The notes beneath the pieces were generated by a model, which had not been told where the DNA came from, did not search any database, and saw only the letters and a program-made list of their open reading frames with translations. Positions 1-13,400 of a DNA stretch of 64,000 nucleotides are shown piece after piece. Both the position numbers and the translations under genes were made by a program. Source of the stretch: Somniosus microcephalus (lineage: Eukaryota); NCBI GenBank assembly GCA_052327205.1, contig CM126220.1, positions 44,454,001 through 44,518,000 of the forward strand, given 5' to 3'. Positions within the stretch are counted from its first letter, which is position 1, and each line of letters opens with the position of its first letter.

Positions 1-699
1 GAATGGCACATCTATTAGAAAAGACTGGAGTGGAGAATTCCAGATCAGTCAAACTAGATGAAACAGGATAGAAGGTTACAGGATGAAGGAATCCTCCAGA
101 AAACTCATCACTGTCTGGCACTTCAGTGTTCAACAGAACCCGTGATGCAGTATTGCATTACAGATTACAGAAAAAGCAAATCTGCTGGCTTACAACAGTC
201 TAAAGTCACACAACATCACTGAACAGGACAAAGATGTTCAACTTTATACCAGTACCCATCTCCAAAGACATTAGATGTACATAAGTGCTCACTCCTGTAA
301 ACAATGTCAGCCGCACAAGTGATCTTACAGCTGCACCTCCACATTGTGTCAATCTGCAAAGTTCACAAATACCAGCAGCAAATCCCACACACCACTTGGC
401 AACTGTGGTGCTCTGCTCAGAGATACTGGAATACCACTGCATCCAAGCAGCAAGAATACAGGTAATCCAACAATTAGCGTCACTTTAATTGTTGGTGTTT
501 AAATTTAGTAGACATTATACAAAAGGATAAGAGACAGCAAATTTTCTGCAATGATAGCATTGTTTCCTGACGGTTGGCACTTTTTTGAATGTTCGGGGCA
601 AGTTGTCCCTGCCCCTGAAGTAGGTTAATATTTCCAGACATACCCTGCAAAGATCAGTTTGAAGACCGCCAGTTAAGAGACTACAGGGCTCCTAGTGTG

Positions 700-1050
700 A
701 CATCACTATTCAGCTTCCCACCCAATTGGGTCTCCTCTCCCGAGGACACCAACTCTCGCTGGAGTATGGTTCCATGGGGGTGCAGCCATCTGGCATTTTG
801 TTTGTGAAGCTAGACAGTTCAAATGTGGCCTTGTCTTTACCCAATGCGCACACTACGTAGGGATCAATGGATAGCAAATCAACAGCAGGAATTCTGGGTA
901 ACTTTCAACTTGCCCAACCCAGTGACACTGAGGCCAACTGTTACACCCTAGCCAAGATCAGCTACTTCAGCCGAGAACTAGGTTGAAACCTTGACCCCAT
1001 CCCTGTCCGTATGAACAGCAAGTTTACCAACTGAGCCATTAAGGGAGCCC
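700..1050 (-). mobile_element. Old tRNA-derived SINE; related copies near 27860-28110 (+) and 28390-28750 (-)
   Basis: tggctcagttggtaa A-box and ggtttcaac B-box-like head; shared agctgatcttggc...ggcctcagtg body. Confidence 0.5.
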
Positions 1051-1078
1051 CTTTACTACAAATGTGAAACACTTTTAC

Positions 1079-1192
1079 CTGCAGTTTCATGACATCACCA
1101 CAAGCTGGTGCGCCAACCAGGCCGGTCCCAACATTCTTTGAATTCTTATCCAAGGATCCAACATTTCTGGGATTCTCGTAGTGGTCCACTAC
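1079..1192 (-). CDS. ISCU: ISCU coding exon 2, Fe-S cluster scaffold; remaining exons lie left of the window
   Basis: 114 nt, CAG acceptor and GTAAAA donor; VVDHYENPRNVGSLDKNSKNVGTGLVGAPACGDVMKLQ is the IscU/NifU-N signature. Confidence 0.97.
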
Positions 1193-2054
1193 CTGTACAG
1201 TAGAAAAATCACAGAACTTGAAAAATAATTCAACTGGGGTGTCAAATTTTCACCACCAGCTTCTAATCAGTAACATGAAAGATTCAAAATGCAATTCTCT
1301 CACTCCGAGGATCCCTCACATCATGCAGCATTCTCCAACTGATGAACAACTTTGCCACAGATGTCATAAAATGTGCCATGTTGAGAGAACTGGCAACTGA
1401 CCTACTCCAAAAATGTGCTAATATCACTCCAATCCCTCTACCACAGATATGACTTAGCTACTAATTTCCTCCCTCTCCATGAAGGAGAGAAAGGTTGATA
1501 TTGTTCAATTATTGATTGAAAACCCATGTTTTCTCCATCTCATTTCTGTTCTGAGAAGCAGCCAAAATAGAATCGATTATACTCCAGAGTCTACCCTCTA
1601 CAACACTGAGGAATAGCGGGATACCCTGTACTGCAAAGTACGAATGCTTGTGACTCTTTGCCCATTAACTCAAACTCCTCCAGATTTTTTGTCTTTCCCC
1701 TCCCACTACTCAATTTTCCACTTATTACAGAAAATGCTGAAAACACTCAGGTCAGGTAACACCTGTAAGATTAACATTTCAGGTCGCGGCCCTGACGAAA
1801 GCTTAATCGTCTCTTGCTTTGGTTGAACCGGCATAGGCGGTCTAGCTGTCCACCACCAACTTTGTAAGGAGGGCAAAGTCACTGGGCGAGTGCAACAGTG
1901 CAGTTACTCATTCACATTCATCAGTTCGTGTTTAAATGTGTCCGGTGAGCTTGCGGTTACTATTTCGTTATCTAACTGGCTTCAGTCGACAATTGTTGGT
2001 GGGGGGAAAAAAAAAGTTGAACCTGTCCTTCTTAGCCAGTCGTCTGGCTGTTCA

Positions 2055-2312
2055 CAGAATCACAGAAACAGAATCACAGAAACCCCACAGTGCAGAGGGA
2101 GGCCATTTCGGCCCATCGAGCCTGCACCGACACATATCCCACCCGATCCCCGTAACCCCTACACCAACACATATCCCACCCGATCCCCGTAACCCCACGT
2201 ATTTAATCCCCCTAACACTAAGGGTCAATTTATCATAGCCAATCAACCTAACCCGCACATCTTTGGACTGTGGGAGGAAACCGGAGCACCCGGAGGAAAC
2301 CCACGCAAACAC
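2055..2312 (-). mobile_element. V-SINE (HE1-like), 5'-truncated
   Basis: V domain gcgtgggtttcctccgggtgctccggtttcctcccacagtccaaagatgtgc plus a CR1-like tail with repeated ttctgtga units. Confidence 0.8.
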
Positions 2313-2485
2313 CTGAGACTTTAACTTTCCACAGAGGCTGCCGGACCCAAATGAGTTATTTCCCAGCATTTTCTGTTTGTATTTCATCCGCAGTATTTTG
2401 CTGCTTGTGACCCAAACCCAAGGCAAAAAAAAAACACCCACCCTGCGCATTCGCAGTGGACGCAGGCCCTGGTTTATTTATGATA

Positions 2486-2714
2486 GCAAAATACTGCAGA
2501 CGCTGGAAATCCGAAATAACAACAGAAAATGCTGGGAAAAAATGCTGGAAAAACTCAGCAGGCCAGGCAACACCCATGGAGAGAAAATAGAGTCACGTTT
2601 CAGGTCGAAACCCTTCGTCTTGACAAAGGGTTTGACCCGAAACGTTGACTCTATTTTCTCTCCACGGATGTTGCCTGGCCTGCTGAGTTTTTCCAGCATT
2701 TTCTGTTGTTATTT
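2486..2714. repeat. Palindromic repeat, Penelope-terminus-like
   Basis: Arms aaatgctggaaaaactcagcaggccaggcaac and gttgcctggcctgctgagtttttccagcattt fold around 2620. Confidence 0.75.
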
Positions 2715-2757
2715 CCTGCTTTATTTAAACTCCTCCATCCGCCGCCCCTCCAGTTAC

Positions 2758-2847
2758 CTTCTTGTGATAAGCGGCCGTGAGCGGTGCTCGAGTATTCACA
2801 GCGAGCCGCAGCAGAGGCCGGGGGAAGCTGGCCGCCATCATCAACAT
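2758..2847 (-). CDS. ISCU: ISCU coding exon 1 (mitochondrial presequence)
   Basis: MLMMAASFPRPLLRLAVNTRAPLTAAYHKK, 90 nt, followed by a GTAACT donor; the YHKK end matches ISCU. Alternative in-frame ATGs at 2841 and 2838. Confidence 0.9.
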
Positions 2848-2869
2848 CGCAGCTGCACAGACAGGTAAC

Positions 2870-3050
2870 TACGTCACACACCGTCCGATTGTCTTATGTC
2901 AGACGTCGACGACGTATCTCAGGCACGCCTCCTGCGCGATGACGCCACCGCTCCAATTACCATAGCAACCCCAGCGGACGTTGCACGCGCTCGCTGCATT
3001 CCACTGAGCATGCGCCGTGATTTGGGGTTCAGTCACGGGCCGCCCAATAT
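2870..3050 (-). promoter_or_regulatory. ISCU proximal promoter (CpG-rich; X-box-like, NRF1-like, CCAAT and CRE-like sites)
   Basis: attaccatagcaac at 2956-2969, tgagcatgcgcc at 3005-3016, ccgcccaat near 3040, tgacg half-sites. Confidence 0.55.
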
Positions 3051-3524
3051 TCAGGTGCAAGTTTGACTTGCTACCACTAATAAAGCTAACATGTAATAGA
3101 TTGTACTTAATATAAAAAAGAAAGACTTTTGCATTTATGTAGCGCCTTGCACGACCACCTGAGGCCCCAAAGCGCTTGACAACCAATGGAGTACTTTTTG
3201 AAGTGTAGTCACTGTTGTAATGTGAGAAAACATTTGTAATTGTAATGTAAAAACACAAATAAGTGCTGGAAATACACAGCAGGTGCAAGCCTTGCTCATC
3301 TTTGGGTGATATTCACGTCTGTTTTGAAGGAAGAATTTTCTAGCTGTTTTCACACTAGACATAAAATGTATGAAACTCAATAATTTCAAAAGATAAAAAA
3401 AGTGAATGCAGGAAACTGAAACAAGATGTTAGAAAAACACGAAAGATCCATACTCAAAATGACAGGTGAAGGATGTGTGTGAAGAAGAGCCTTGGTCAAT
3501 TCTGGCTTCCGGGCAGCAAAAATC

Positions 3525-3905
3525 TAGGCTGACACTCCAGTGCAGTACTGAGGGAACACTGCACTGTTGGAGGTGCCCTCTTTCAGATGAGACGTTAAAC
3601 CAAGGCCCTGACTGCCCTCTCAGGTGGATGTAAAAGATCCCATTGTACTATTTCAAAGAAGAGCAGGGGAGTTCTCCCTGGTGCCCTGTCCAATATTTAT
3701 CTCTCAATCAACATCACAAAAACAGATCCACTGGTCATTATCACGTTGCTGTTTGTGGGAGCTTGCTGTGCACAGATTGGCTGCCACGTTTCCTACATTG
3801 CAACAGTGACTAACTACATTTCAAAAAGTACTTCATTGGCTGTAAAGCGCTTTGGGAAGTCGTGAGGTCGTGAAAGGCGCTGTAGAAATACAAGTCTTTT
3901 CTTTC
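3525..3905 (+). mobile_element. Deu-domain SINE (SacSINE1/AmnSINE1-like)
   Basis: ggaggtgccctctttcagatgagacgttaaac...gatgtaaaagatcccat core with an L2-like tail aaaggcgctgtagaaatacaagtcttttc. Confidence 0.75.
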
Positions 3906-4308
3906 AAAATAAAGAAACTCCGACTGCAACACCTAACTTTTCAGAATACATGGATGAACATATCTGGCTCAATGCACACTAACATCCGCCCTTACAAACA
4001 TGGCAACTACTGACGCCCATAACGTCTGGACTCCGAGATCCAACATCGTCATATTTAATCGTTGGTTTAATGAAAGCCCGCTGGACACAAGTCGCGTTGT
4101 TATGACGTCTTTATTGGCCTTCTTTATTCCCCGATTCTCTCCATAATAATATGGTCAACTCACTTTCTGCTGCAATGGCTGGAATTTTACTTCACTTTAA
4201 AGCTTTGGTTAAAATGAAGAAGAGTTCTATGCGAGAAAGATGTGTTTTAGGGATGTAAAAGTGTCCCATTTGACTCCGGCGCCACGGACTTTCCCCGCAC
4301 TGGCTTGC

Positions 4309-4452
4309 ATGATGGCGACGAGCGGGAGGCGGCGGTCGAGTGAGGCCGAAGAGTTTGAGCTTGGAAGCGGCGGCGGCTCGGAGGAGGAGATGGAAGACTC
4401 CTCGGAGGATGAGCAAGAAAACGAGGCGGAAATCCAGCGGTTGGAAGAGCAG
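4309..4452 (+). CDS. SART3: SART3 exon 1
   Basis: [15 protein letters not shown]...[10 protein letters not shown], then GTGCGG donor; CpG-rich. Confidence 0.9.
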
Positions 4453-7400
4453 GTGCGGCGCGGTCTGGGGCAGGAGTTACAAACAACGCAGCGTGAGCGG
4501 GAGGGAGGCCGAGGCTCGGAGCCCGCGGGGTTTAAAACTCCGTCCCGTCCTCCTGCGTCTACCTCAATCTCCTTTCATTGTCCCCTTCACCCCTCCTCCC
4601 AGGAGTAACCACTGTGAGGAGGAAAATAAAATAAAAATAAAGCATTTCAATAGATAGCCCATTCCCCTAAGGTGCGAAGCAGAACCTCCTCCGACCTCCC
4701 TAAAGGGTCACCTGAAGATCTGTTGGTCAGGATTAATCAACCAAAGAACCAAACATAGAGCAAATTGCCTTGGCTCATCTGGAGAGAAAACATCATTTTC
4801 TGACTATTAGCACTAAGGCAACTATGCCCTGCATTGAAAGAGTGGGATGTAGTTTTTAGCTGTAAACAAAAGAAAGAGAGGCTTGCATTTCACGAGCACC
4901 GGACGACCCAAAGCGCTTTACAGTCAATGAAGTACTTTTTAAAGTGTAGTCACTGTTGTAATGTAGGAAACGCGGCAACCAATTTGTACTCAGCAAGGTC
5001 CCACAAACAGCAATGTGATAATGACCAGAGGATCTGTTTTAGTGATGTTGATTGAGGGATAAATATTGGCCAGGACACCGGGGATAACTCCTCTGCTCTG
5101 CTCTTTTACGTCCACCGGAGAGAGCAGACGGGGCCTTGGTTTAACATCTCATCCGAAAGATGGCACCTCCGACAGTGCAGCACTGGAGTGTCTCGGAGGT
5201 AAGGGTGCTACCAACTGAGCCACTGGCTGATCAAAGAGATCGAGTAGATGATCGTGAAGAATCCAAAAGGACTTGAAGCAAGTGTCTTATCACATGAGCC
5301 TATGGTCATTTGTTAAGCCTGTGATGGTCTTGCTCACCATTGAAATCAAAGCTCAGAAATTTAGGATGTTGAGTAATTCCACAAAATATAGGAGTGTCAA
5401 TTCATCTACATCCTCTCTACCACTATGGTGAAAGGTTTGAGTGCCAAAGATGTAATGGGGCTGGTGTAGTATGAGTGCAATATAACCGTTTAAGTTAACC
5501 CCCTTGTAACCAATTACTGAGTTATGGAGTGCCAGCTTGGTACCTTACCACCCCTCTGCAGTTTCAGTACTCACAAGTCCATGACTCTCACATGTGAGAT
5601 CAGCTCACTGTTCATATACAGTGAAAGTATAAAAATCCCAGCAGGATTTACTGTCAACAACTAAAAAATTGCCCAGTGGAGATACTTGTCTAGAGAGCCT
5701 TAGAGCGATATCAGGCATATATGAGAAGTATTGATGCTGTGAAAGTGTAATAGTTTGCTCTCCCTGTCCTTGTGTAAACAACTTTGACAACAGTTACCGT
5801 ATGTAGGCCGAGTCTTCAGTGAACAGTAATGTGATTCTTTATGCTGTGCCCCATTTAAGTTAGCGTAGCCCAGGTGTAACAATGAAGTCCGATTGTGGTA
5901 ATTACCAAGTTTTTTTGCCCCCTTCCTGTGGACTAGACCACTTTATGCAAGCTGAACTACTGAATGGATTTATTTATAAATAAGATTATTATATAGAACC
6001 ATAAAGACACGGGCAAGATGCAAATGTTTGCAGTTACTATCTATAATATATATCTATTGCACGTTTCTTCTGTGACTCTTGTTTATTAAAAAGATGCCTT
6101 TTCTGCCAAGCATTAAAAAGAAACCATTAAAAAAAATTGAAATGGTCAATTATTTGCACTGTACATAACAACAGAAAATACCTTGTTGACATAGGAGTCA
6201 AGAATGGCTATACCCTCAGATCTTTAACAATCACTCTTTTTTAAAAAAAAAAGAGAAAGAAAGCCAGTCATTAATAATGGCTGCTTCTAACCTGCATTCT
6301 GAAACTTACAACTAACTTCCCATCTACAAAGATCTCTGACCAGAACTCAATTAACTATGATTGACTTGATCCCGTGTTTACTTAATAACTTTGACTCTTG
6401 TGCCCTTAAAGCAACACAGCTCCACCTTTGCAGAATAATGCATTGTGCATTACATGATATAACAGTCCTGTGCATGCAAAATAGTGTTTCATCTGACACT
6501 GAATAATGCCATAGGTGTTGTCTTAAACACTTCTGTTCATCTGTTTAAAACATTTTATTCCTGATATTTTTCACATCCTTACATGGCTTTATGCTCCTTA
6601 AACCATTGGTCAGGAAGCTTTTTGATGCCACTTTGTGTGGCTAATTGAGGCAAATGACATGATTTGCCATAGACAGAACAGACATCTCTTTTGATCTGAT
6701 GTGGGTGACAATTTAAAGATCCAAAACTACTAGATTTATAGATAACTAATCAGCTATTACACTGTTAAATTAAATGACACATGTGACTGTAATCTTTAGG
6801 ACACATGCTGGTAGCATTGGCATGGCGGCAGCAGTGATCTGTGCTCTGTTACTTTTAGCTTTCCATCAGCGCCTATGACTACAACTGTCACGTGGATCTA
6901 ATTAAATTGCTACGTCAGGAGGGGGAGCTGGTGAGATTGCGGTGTGCGCGACAGAAGATGAGTGAACTTTTCCCGCTTACTGAAGGTAAGATTATAATTG
7001 CAGACAATTAAGTCTAGCTGAAACCTGGGTTATTATAGCACTTTTAAAGTGGACCAAGTTTTGTAACATATTTGTAACCAGCCTGTTGCTTAGGGTTTGA
7101 AGAATCAATCCATTTTCACAAAGTCTCTGTTGTAGTTCTAACTTCTTTAATTTCTATATTCTGTGGGTGGTCTGTTTTCTGGAGGCTGAGTATGTGAATC
7201 TCCTCTGCAGGTGTAACATTTTTCGATGTTGACACCACATAGCCAAAGACTTTGTAATCATGCATAATTTTATTTGTGAAAATTCAGGCTCTGTTGTAAT
7301 AGGAATATTAAGAAAGTAAACAAATGTGATTGTGTTTTGCAGAGCTTTGGCTGGACTGGCTGAAGGATGAGATTCGAATGGCAGAAGAAACACCCGACAG

Positions 7401-10400
7401 GGAGAAAGTTTATGAGCTGTTTGAGAAGTCTATCAAAGATTATATTTGTAAGATCCTGTTCAGAATCTAGCTTTGTCTGAGTTCCAACAATGAGCAATTC
7501 CTCCGATCAAACTAAACACCCTCCCTGTTGCCTTGCAGCAAGCTCACACCTGTTGGCTGAGCAGAGAGCTGGTCCTGCCTGGTTGTCCCAGTGAAATGAG
7601 GTGGGGAGAAGGAAAAAGAAATTGGTGTTTATAAAATTATTGTGTTAATTGAAATTACTTCCAGGCACAGTATATTTTTGAATTTAGGGCTGAAATTAGG
7701 CTGTCCTTATGGTTTGCTCTCCTCTGTTGGATGAATTTAGCTTTAAATCTGGGAAATGAAAAACCCATACCGGTTAAAGCAGACAAGTGATCAAATATTT
7801 CATGTAACTGGGTGATGGCATAGTGTCACAGCATGATGAAGCTCCCCATATTAGAATCTATTGCCGACACCGTGATTGTCACATTCTCCATTACTCACTC
7901 AGCCATTTAAGTTTGCCAAACGACAGAACCTGCAGATACTGATAAAATTGGTCTCCAGGTAATTGACACTTGCCTTAGTTGTCAAAGCTGCAAAGGAATC
8001 TCCATGAATAGATTCACAATGATTGTTAGTCCCTTTGCCACCATTTCTTACTCTCTTAAATCCTGACATTATACTATGTTAAAACTCATCCCACTGGACA
8101 GATTTTTGGATAGACTCCAAAATGATGTGGGCATAGCTGACTCCACTGCAGAACAACCAAAATGTAAATGTGAATAAACACTTAGCCCTGAAATAATACC
8201 ACAGGATCCTAGCATACAAACGCTTAATGCGTTTGTCTAAAGTTCTTCTCTGCAGTATTTTAGTGAACGCGTTAACCCATTTAAAATAATTAGGTTAACG
8301 CCTCTGCTAAAAGCAGAAGAATGTGAATGAGCTTTTGTAAACAGTTTCCTACAACATAATTTTAGGGACTAAATGCACTTTTACATGTAGATTGTTCCAC
8401 AGTGGAATCTGCAGTGACCAGGTTTTGGGGTCTGTCCAAGAGGCCACATTCTGTCCTGTGTATACCACAGTTGTGAAGTTTCAAAGTTGAAAACAGTGGT
8501 GTGAGCTGCTGTGTGTGAAGGGGACATCTCCCCCCCCACCGCCCCCCCCCCCCCCCCCATGCCTGCTAGAAGCCAGGTTTGTTATTTATGCAAAATTTTA
8601 ATGGAAAAATCCTGTTGATGTCGGCACCTGGTAATAACTAAGGCTTGGTTGTAAGAATACATGCACTAAGTTTTAATTCTGTTTCGTTATACGCTACTGT
8701 TAACAAATAATTTTTTAAATACAGGTCCTGAGATATGGCTGGAATATGCCCAGTACTCCATCGGCGGGATTGGTCAGCAGGGTGGCATTGAGCGAGCTCG
8801 TGGAATATTTGATCGCGCCTTAACTGCTGTTGGATTACATATGACAAAAGGAGCAGCAATCTGGGAGGCCTTCAGAGAGTTTGAAAATGCTATTTTAGGA
8901 ACCTTACAGGTAAGGGAATGATGACGCTAGATTAACAGGGAATGTAAACAAATGGTAAATCTGTAAAGACTGTGTGTTTCATGGAGCTAGATGCAAACCA
9001 GCCAGAAATAATTGGCTAGTGGTATAGAATATATGGGATTGTAAGCATTGCTTATTTTGCATATCATTGATCTGTTAAAGTCTATTTAAATTGAAGTTTT
9101 TCAAACTATTGCACTCAGCTTGAACACAGACCCTTTTGGTGGGTGTGATGCCAATACCGGGGAGTGGAATAGCTTCCATTTTCAGCATCAAGTATCAACT
9201 CCTAGTTCAGCTGTAGCATGGCTCGAAGGGCCGAATGGCCTACTCCTGCTCCGAATTCATATGTTTATTTTCTTATGTAGACTGCTTCAAACACAGTCTT
9301 CTAGTATCTTGTCAAATTTTGAAATGTTCTCCTAGTTGAAGTGACATTTTAGATTGTGTTTACTTGCTCAAAATGTTTGAGGATTGGAGTATTCTGGAAT
9401 GGTCAAGTAAGTTCCTCCATTTCAAATCCAGTAATTGACAGTTTAATTAAACAAATGTGTTTCTTCCGTCAGCCCTTGGCCGGCAGCATTTTGACTCCAG
9501 AACAGCAGGAAATGACGAATGCACAACTTGACCGAATACACACACTCTTCAAGAGGCAGCTGGGTGTCCCTTTGCTTGGTATGGCGCTTTGAGCTTATCT
9601 ATGGCTAAACTTGCATCTATCTATGGGAAATATGGGAGTCCTGCTGGATTTGTTTTGTGTCGGGTAGGTGTTAGACAGGTAATTGTAAATCTTTCATAAT
9701 TGGAACGTGCGCATAAATTACTAGATGCGGAAAGGGGATTCTGCCCCCAAAGCCCACTGCTTCCATCAGACCGTCTGAAAATTGTATGTGTGCACTCTTC
9801 CTAACTTTTTATCTTCTTCAGACTGATTGACCATTGGTCAAACTTACAAGAAAGTTAAGTAATCTTGTTCATCGGCATTATCCACACCTTTCACCAAAGA
9901 CATTAATTGTGTTTCCTGGCAATCATTTTTCCTCCAGCAAAAGGGCATAACCAGTTGTGTCAGCCTATCCTTAAACGTAGTTTTTGAGTCCCAGGGTCCT
10001 CCACTTTTAATTGACCCTTTTCAATGTTGTGTTGAAGGTGCCCAAAATTACTTGCAATATATTCCAAATGTGACCTCCCCAACGAGTTGCACATTCTTAA
10101 AATAAACCTCTTGCAATCAGATCCTCCAGAACTGGTTCCCAAGCTTGTTGACAACCACCTCACTTTGACAGGAGACTTAAAAAAAAACTTTTCCTGCTAG
10201 TTTTCCCCTCCCTCCCCTTCCCCTCCTATTTCTTTGCTAGGCTACCTACTGGTACCTTGGTTTCTTTTCAGTCACCTGATGCCTAGGGTAATCATGTCGG
10301 AGGATCTCCTGGTGGGTTTGCCATCCACATGTCCAAGATGTGTAAGATTGCTGGACAGGTTTCATCCGAGTGCTTATTTATGTTTTGAGCTTCACTTCAT

Positions 10401-13400
10401 ACCCGGATAACACTTGAGCACTATGGCCACACCTGTGTGAATTGCACTCGTAGGGCTGCAAGATTAAGAACTCTTTATTTTGGGAGCAAGAAAGAACAAA
10501 TGATCAGGGCTGCCTTTTGTAGCTGAAGTTACAGCACCATGGTGGTCTTCATGGAATGGTATAGCAGGCACCTTGCAGAAATCTAGGGCCTAGATTGTTG
10601 TGCTTTCCTCACAGGTTCCGTATATGGGCAATAAATGCACGTTAGTCATTCTAATTAATGTGTCCTGATGTGGAATTACTATCAGAAGTCTAACCTTAGC
10701 CATGTTTATTTCACTCTTGATCAGATTGCTTACTGCCATCTGTTTGTGCTCTGTATAGATATGGAGGCCACATATGCTGAGTACGAGGAATGGGCTGATG
10801 AGCTGCCTAATGAATCCGTGACACAACTGTACAAGAAGGCCCTACAGCAAATGGAAAAGCGCAAGCCTTATGAAGAAGATCTGGTATAGTTTGATGCTCT
10901 GTTACTCTAGCATTTTTGTTCTGTAATGCAAAGGTGTGTTCTCAGCTAGGGCCTGTTCACAATGTATTAGAAAAGAAACTCTTTAAAATCCACTGATACC
11001 AATTGATATTTCAGTCTGTGTGGCTTTGTGTCTTTCACAGTTATGCACATTGTGAACTAAATTTTGCACTTCAGCGGGAACAAGTGGGGGGGGGGGGGAA
11101 ATCAGTAGACTAAAGATAAAGCTAGCATTCAGAAATGTTAGCTGGAATTTAGTGTCACTCCAAGTCCGTGTGGAGGCCCACACCTGGCCAGCTAAATGGT
11201 TACATTCCATTTATAGTACTTGGCCACTAATTTTATTTCATTTTGATCTGCGTTGGTCATGTACTGCTTGGCCTGTATTTTCCGATCCCTGTGTGTACGA
11301 GCTGTGTACACACCCGCAGGCGCCTCGCAAGTGCCGGTTTCAGGCATGCAAAGCGCCTGCGCTGAAAACCGGCACTTCCGATCTGTCAAGAATCCTCTTG
11401 ACAGATCGCATGCCTGCCCTGGAGAAGGGCCTCTGCGGGGGGAGAGTTCCGCTTTCTGCAGAACCTCCGCCCGCTGAAAACCTTAAAAAATCTTACGCCT
11501 AGTAAAAGCAGGCGTAAGGCCTGCTTTTACCAGCATAAGAGTTTATAAAAGTAAAAAAAAAAAAAAAAATTCCACTCATTTATAATTTAAAAATACTTTT
11601 AAAAAAGGTAGGTTTATTTTTAGCCCCGTAAAAAACTTTAATTATTTTTTTCAAAATGTTATATTTTTGTTTAAAATATTTAATTTAATGTAATTTTAAC
11701 TAATTTTAAATATGTGATGTTTTAAAAAAATGTATATAATGTTTTGATGTGTTTTTTGAGTGATCCCTATTCATACTTTTGATGGGTCTAAGCTGAGAGA
11801 CCTGTCAAAAGTATGAAGGAGGATTCCCTACTTCCATTAGTTCTCCATGGCCCACATGATCCCAGGGACGCTTGCGAACTGCCTGCGCCCCTGGGATACC
11901 TGGACCTCTGCGCACGCGCACTAGGAGAGGCCCGGACCTCCAGAGCCCTCGGGTAAGGGAGTAGATTTTTTCCAGATTGGAGGCATCCGCACGCAGGAAG
12001 CCTCCGATCGGAAAATCTGGGCCCTTGTGACAAGTGGCTGACATGATCCCAGGCCTCTGATTCCAAGGATTGAATTAGCTTATTTATTAAATATGTAAAT
12101 ACTGGAACCCCAATGGAGCAGCACAAAAATGTGCATGAAGGCACAGCTGTTGCCCTACTGTTGCCCACACGGTAAGTTCTTGAACGTGGCCTGTCTGGGG
12201 TGGTACGGAACCAGAGGTGCTCTCTGGATGCTGGGAATGATGACGAGTCAATCCATAGTGGGTTTATGCATCTCTTTGAGGCCAGTTTAGATTGGCCCGT
12301 GTCAATGCCAAGAATGAGTTACCTGCCCACTTTCCCTTTTTGGAGCCTGGATAGAATTACCAGGTTCACCATTTTTGTATTTCTGTCAAGGATTTGAAAA
12401 CACAGCAGGGTTTACCGACTGATCCCTCGCACTTCTTACTGTGGTGATTTGATTTACTGTGAGAGTCGCAGCAAATCAAATCACCACTGATCCTGTGTTC
12501 TGATTGGATATTGATTGGCTGGTGTATACTTTTAGTCCCATGATCCCAGCCGTGTATTAGATTTGCCGAGCCGTACTGTTGTGGTATGGGTTCCTAATTT
12601 GAGGAATTAGGTACTAATACAAAAGCAAAATACTGCGGATGCTGGCACTCTGAAATAAAAACAGAAAATGCTGGAAATACTCAGCAGGCCAGGCAGCATC
12701 CGTGGAGAAAGAAACAGAGTTAACCTTTCAAGTCAATGACGTTTCTGCAAGGTCATTAACCTGAAACATTAACTCTTGTTTGTCTTTCCACAGATGCTGC
12801 CTGGCCTGCTGAGTATTTCCACAATTTCTGTTTTTATTATTGAGGAATTTGGTGTTGGGCATGTTAATCGGATTACGGCTGGCATGTGATGAACACTGAA
12901 ATATTTTATCTTGGAAAAACAATTTGTCTTGCTTTTGGAGCTATTGGAATATTATGTTTCCTAATTGATTTTTGCTTCTATTACAGCTGGTAGCAGATCC
13001 TCCAAAACTAGCAGAGTATCGAGCTTACCTTGACTTTGAGATGAAGGAGGGAGACCCAGCACGGATTCAGATCACCTTTGAACGGGCACTGTCCGAGAAC
13101 TGTTTAGTGCCAGACCTATGGGCACGTTTGACTCTATATCTGGTAAGGAATTTCTCTGAGAAAGTGACTCATGGCTGAGTGCTAGAGCCCTCACCAGGAT
13201 AGGACCGGTTTTGTTAGTCTTCAATGGAGCGGATATACTTGTGTTTTGTGAATGGTTGTTGGTTGACAGATCAGTGTTGGCCAGGAAACCGCGAGAACTC
13301 CCCTGCTCCTCTTAAATTAGTGCCATGGGACATTTTACATCCACCTGAGAGGCGGACTTGGTTTACTAGAAGCCTGTGGAAGTTTTTAATAATGATCAAT

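Noticed and set aside
962-1189. Stand-alone 75-aa IscU ORF
   Set aside because: Only 1079-1192 is exon; the rest is intron read-through.
3525-5230. Inverted SINE pair forming dsRNA around SART3 exon 1
   Set aside because: The left copy lies upstream of the probable TSS, so both copies are unlikely to be in one transcript.
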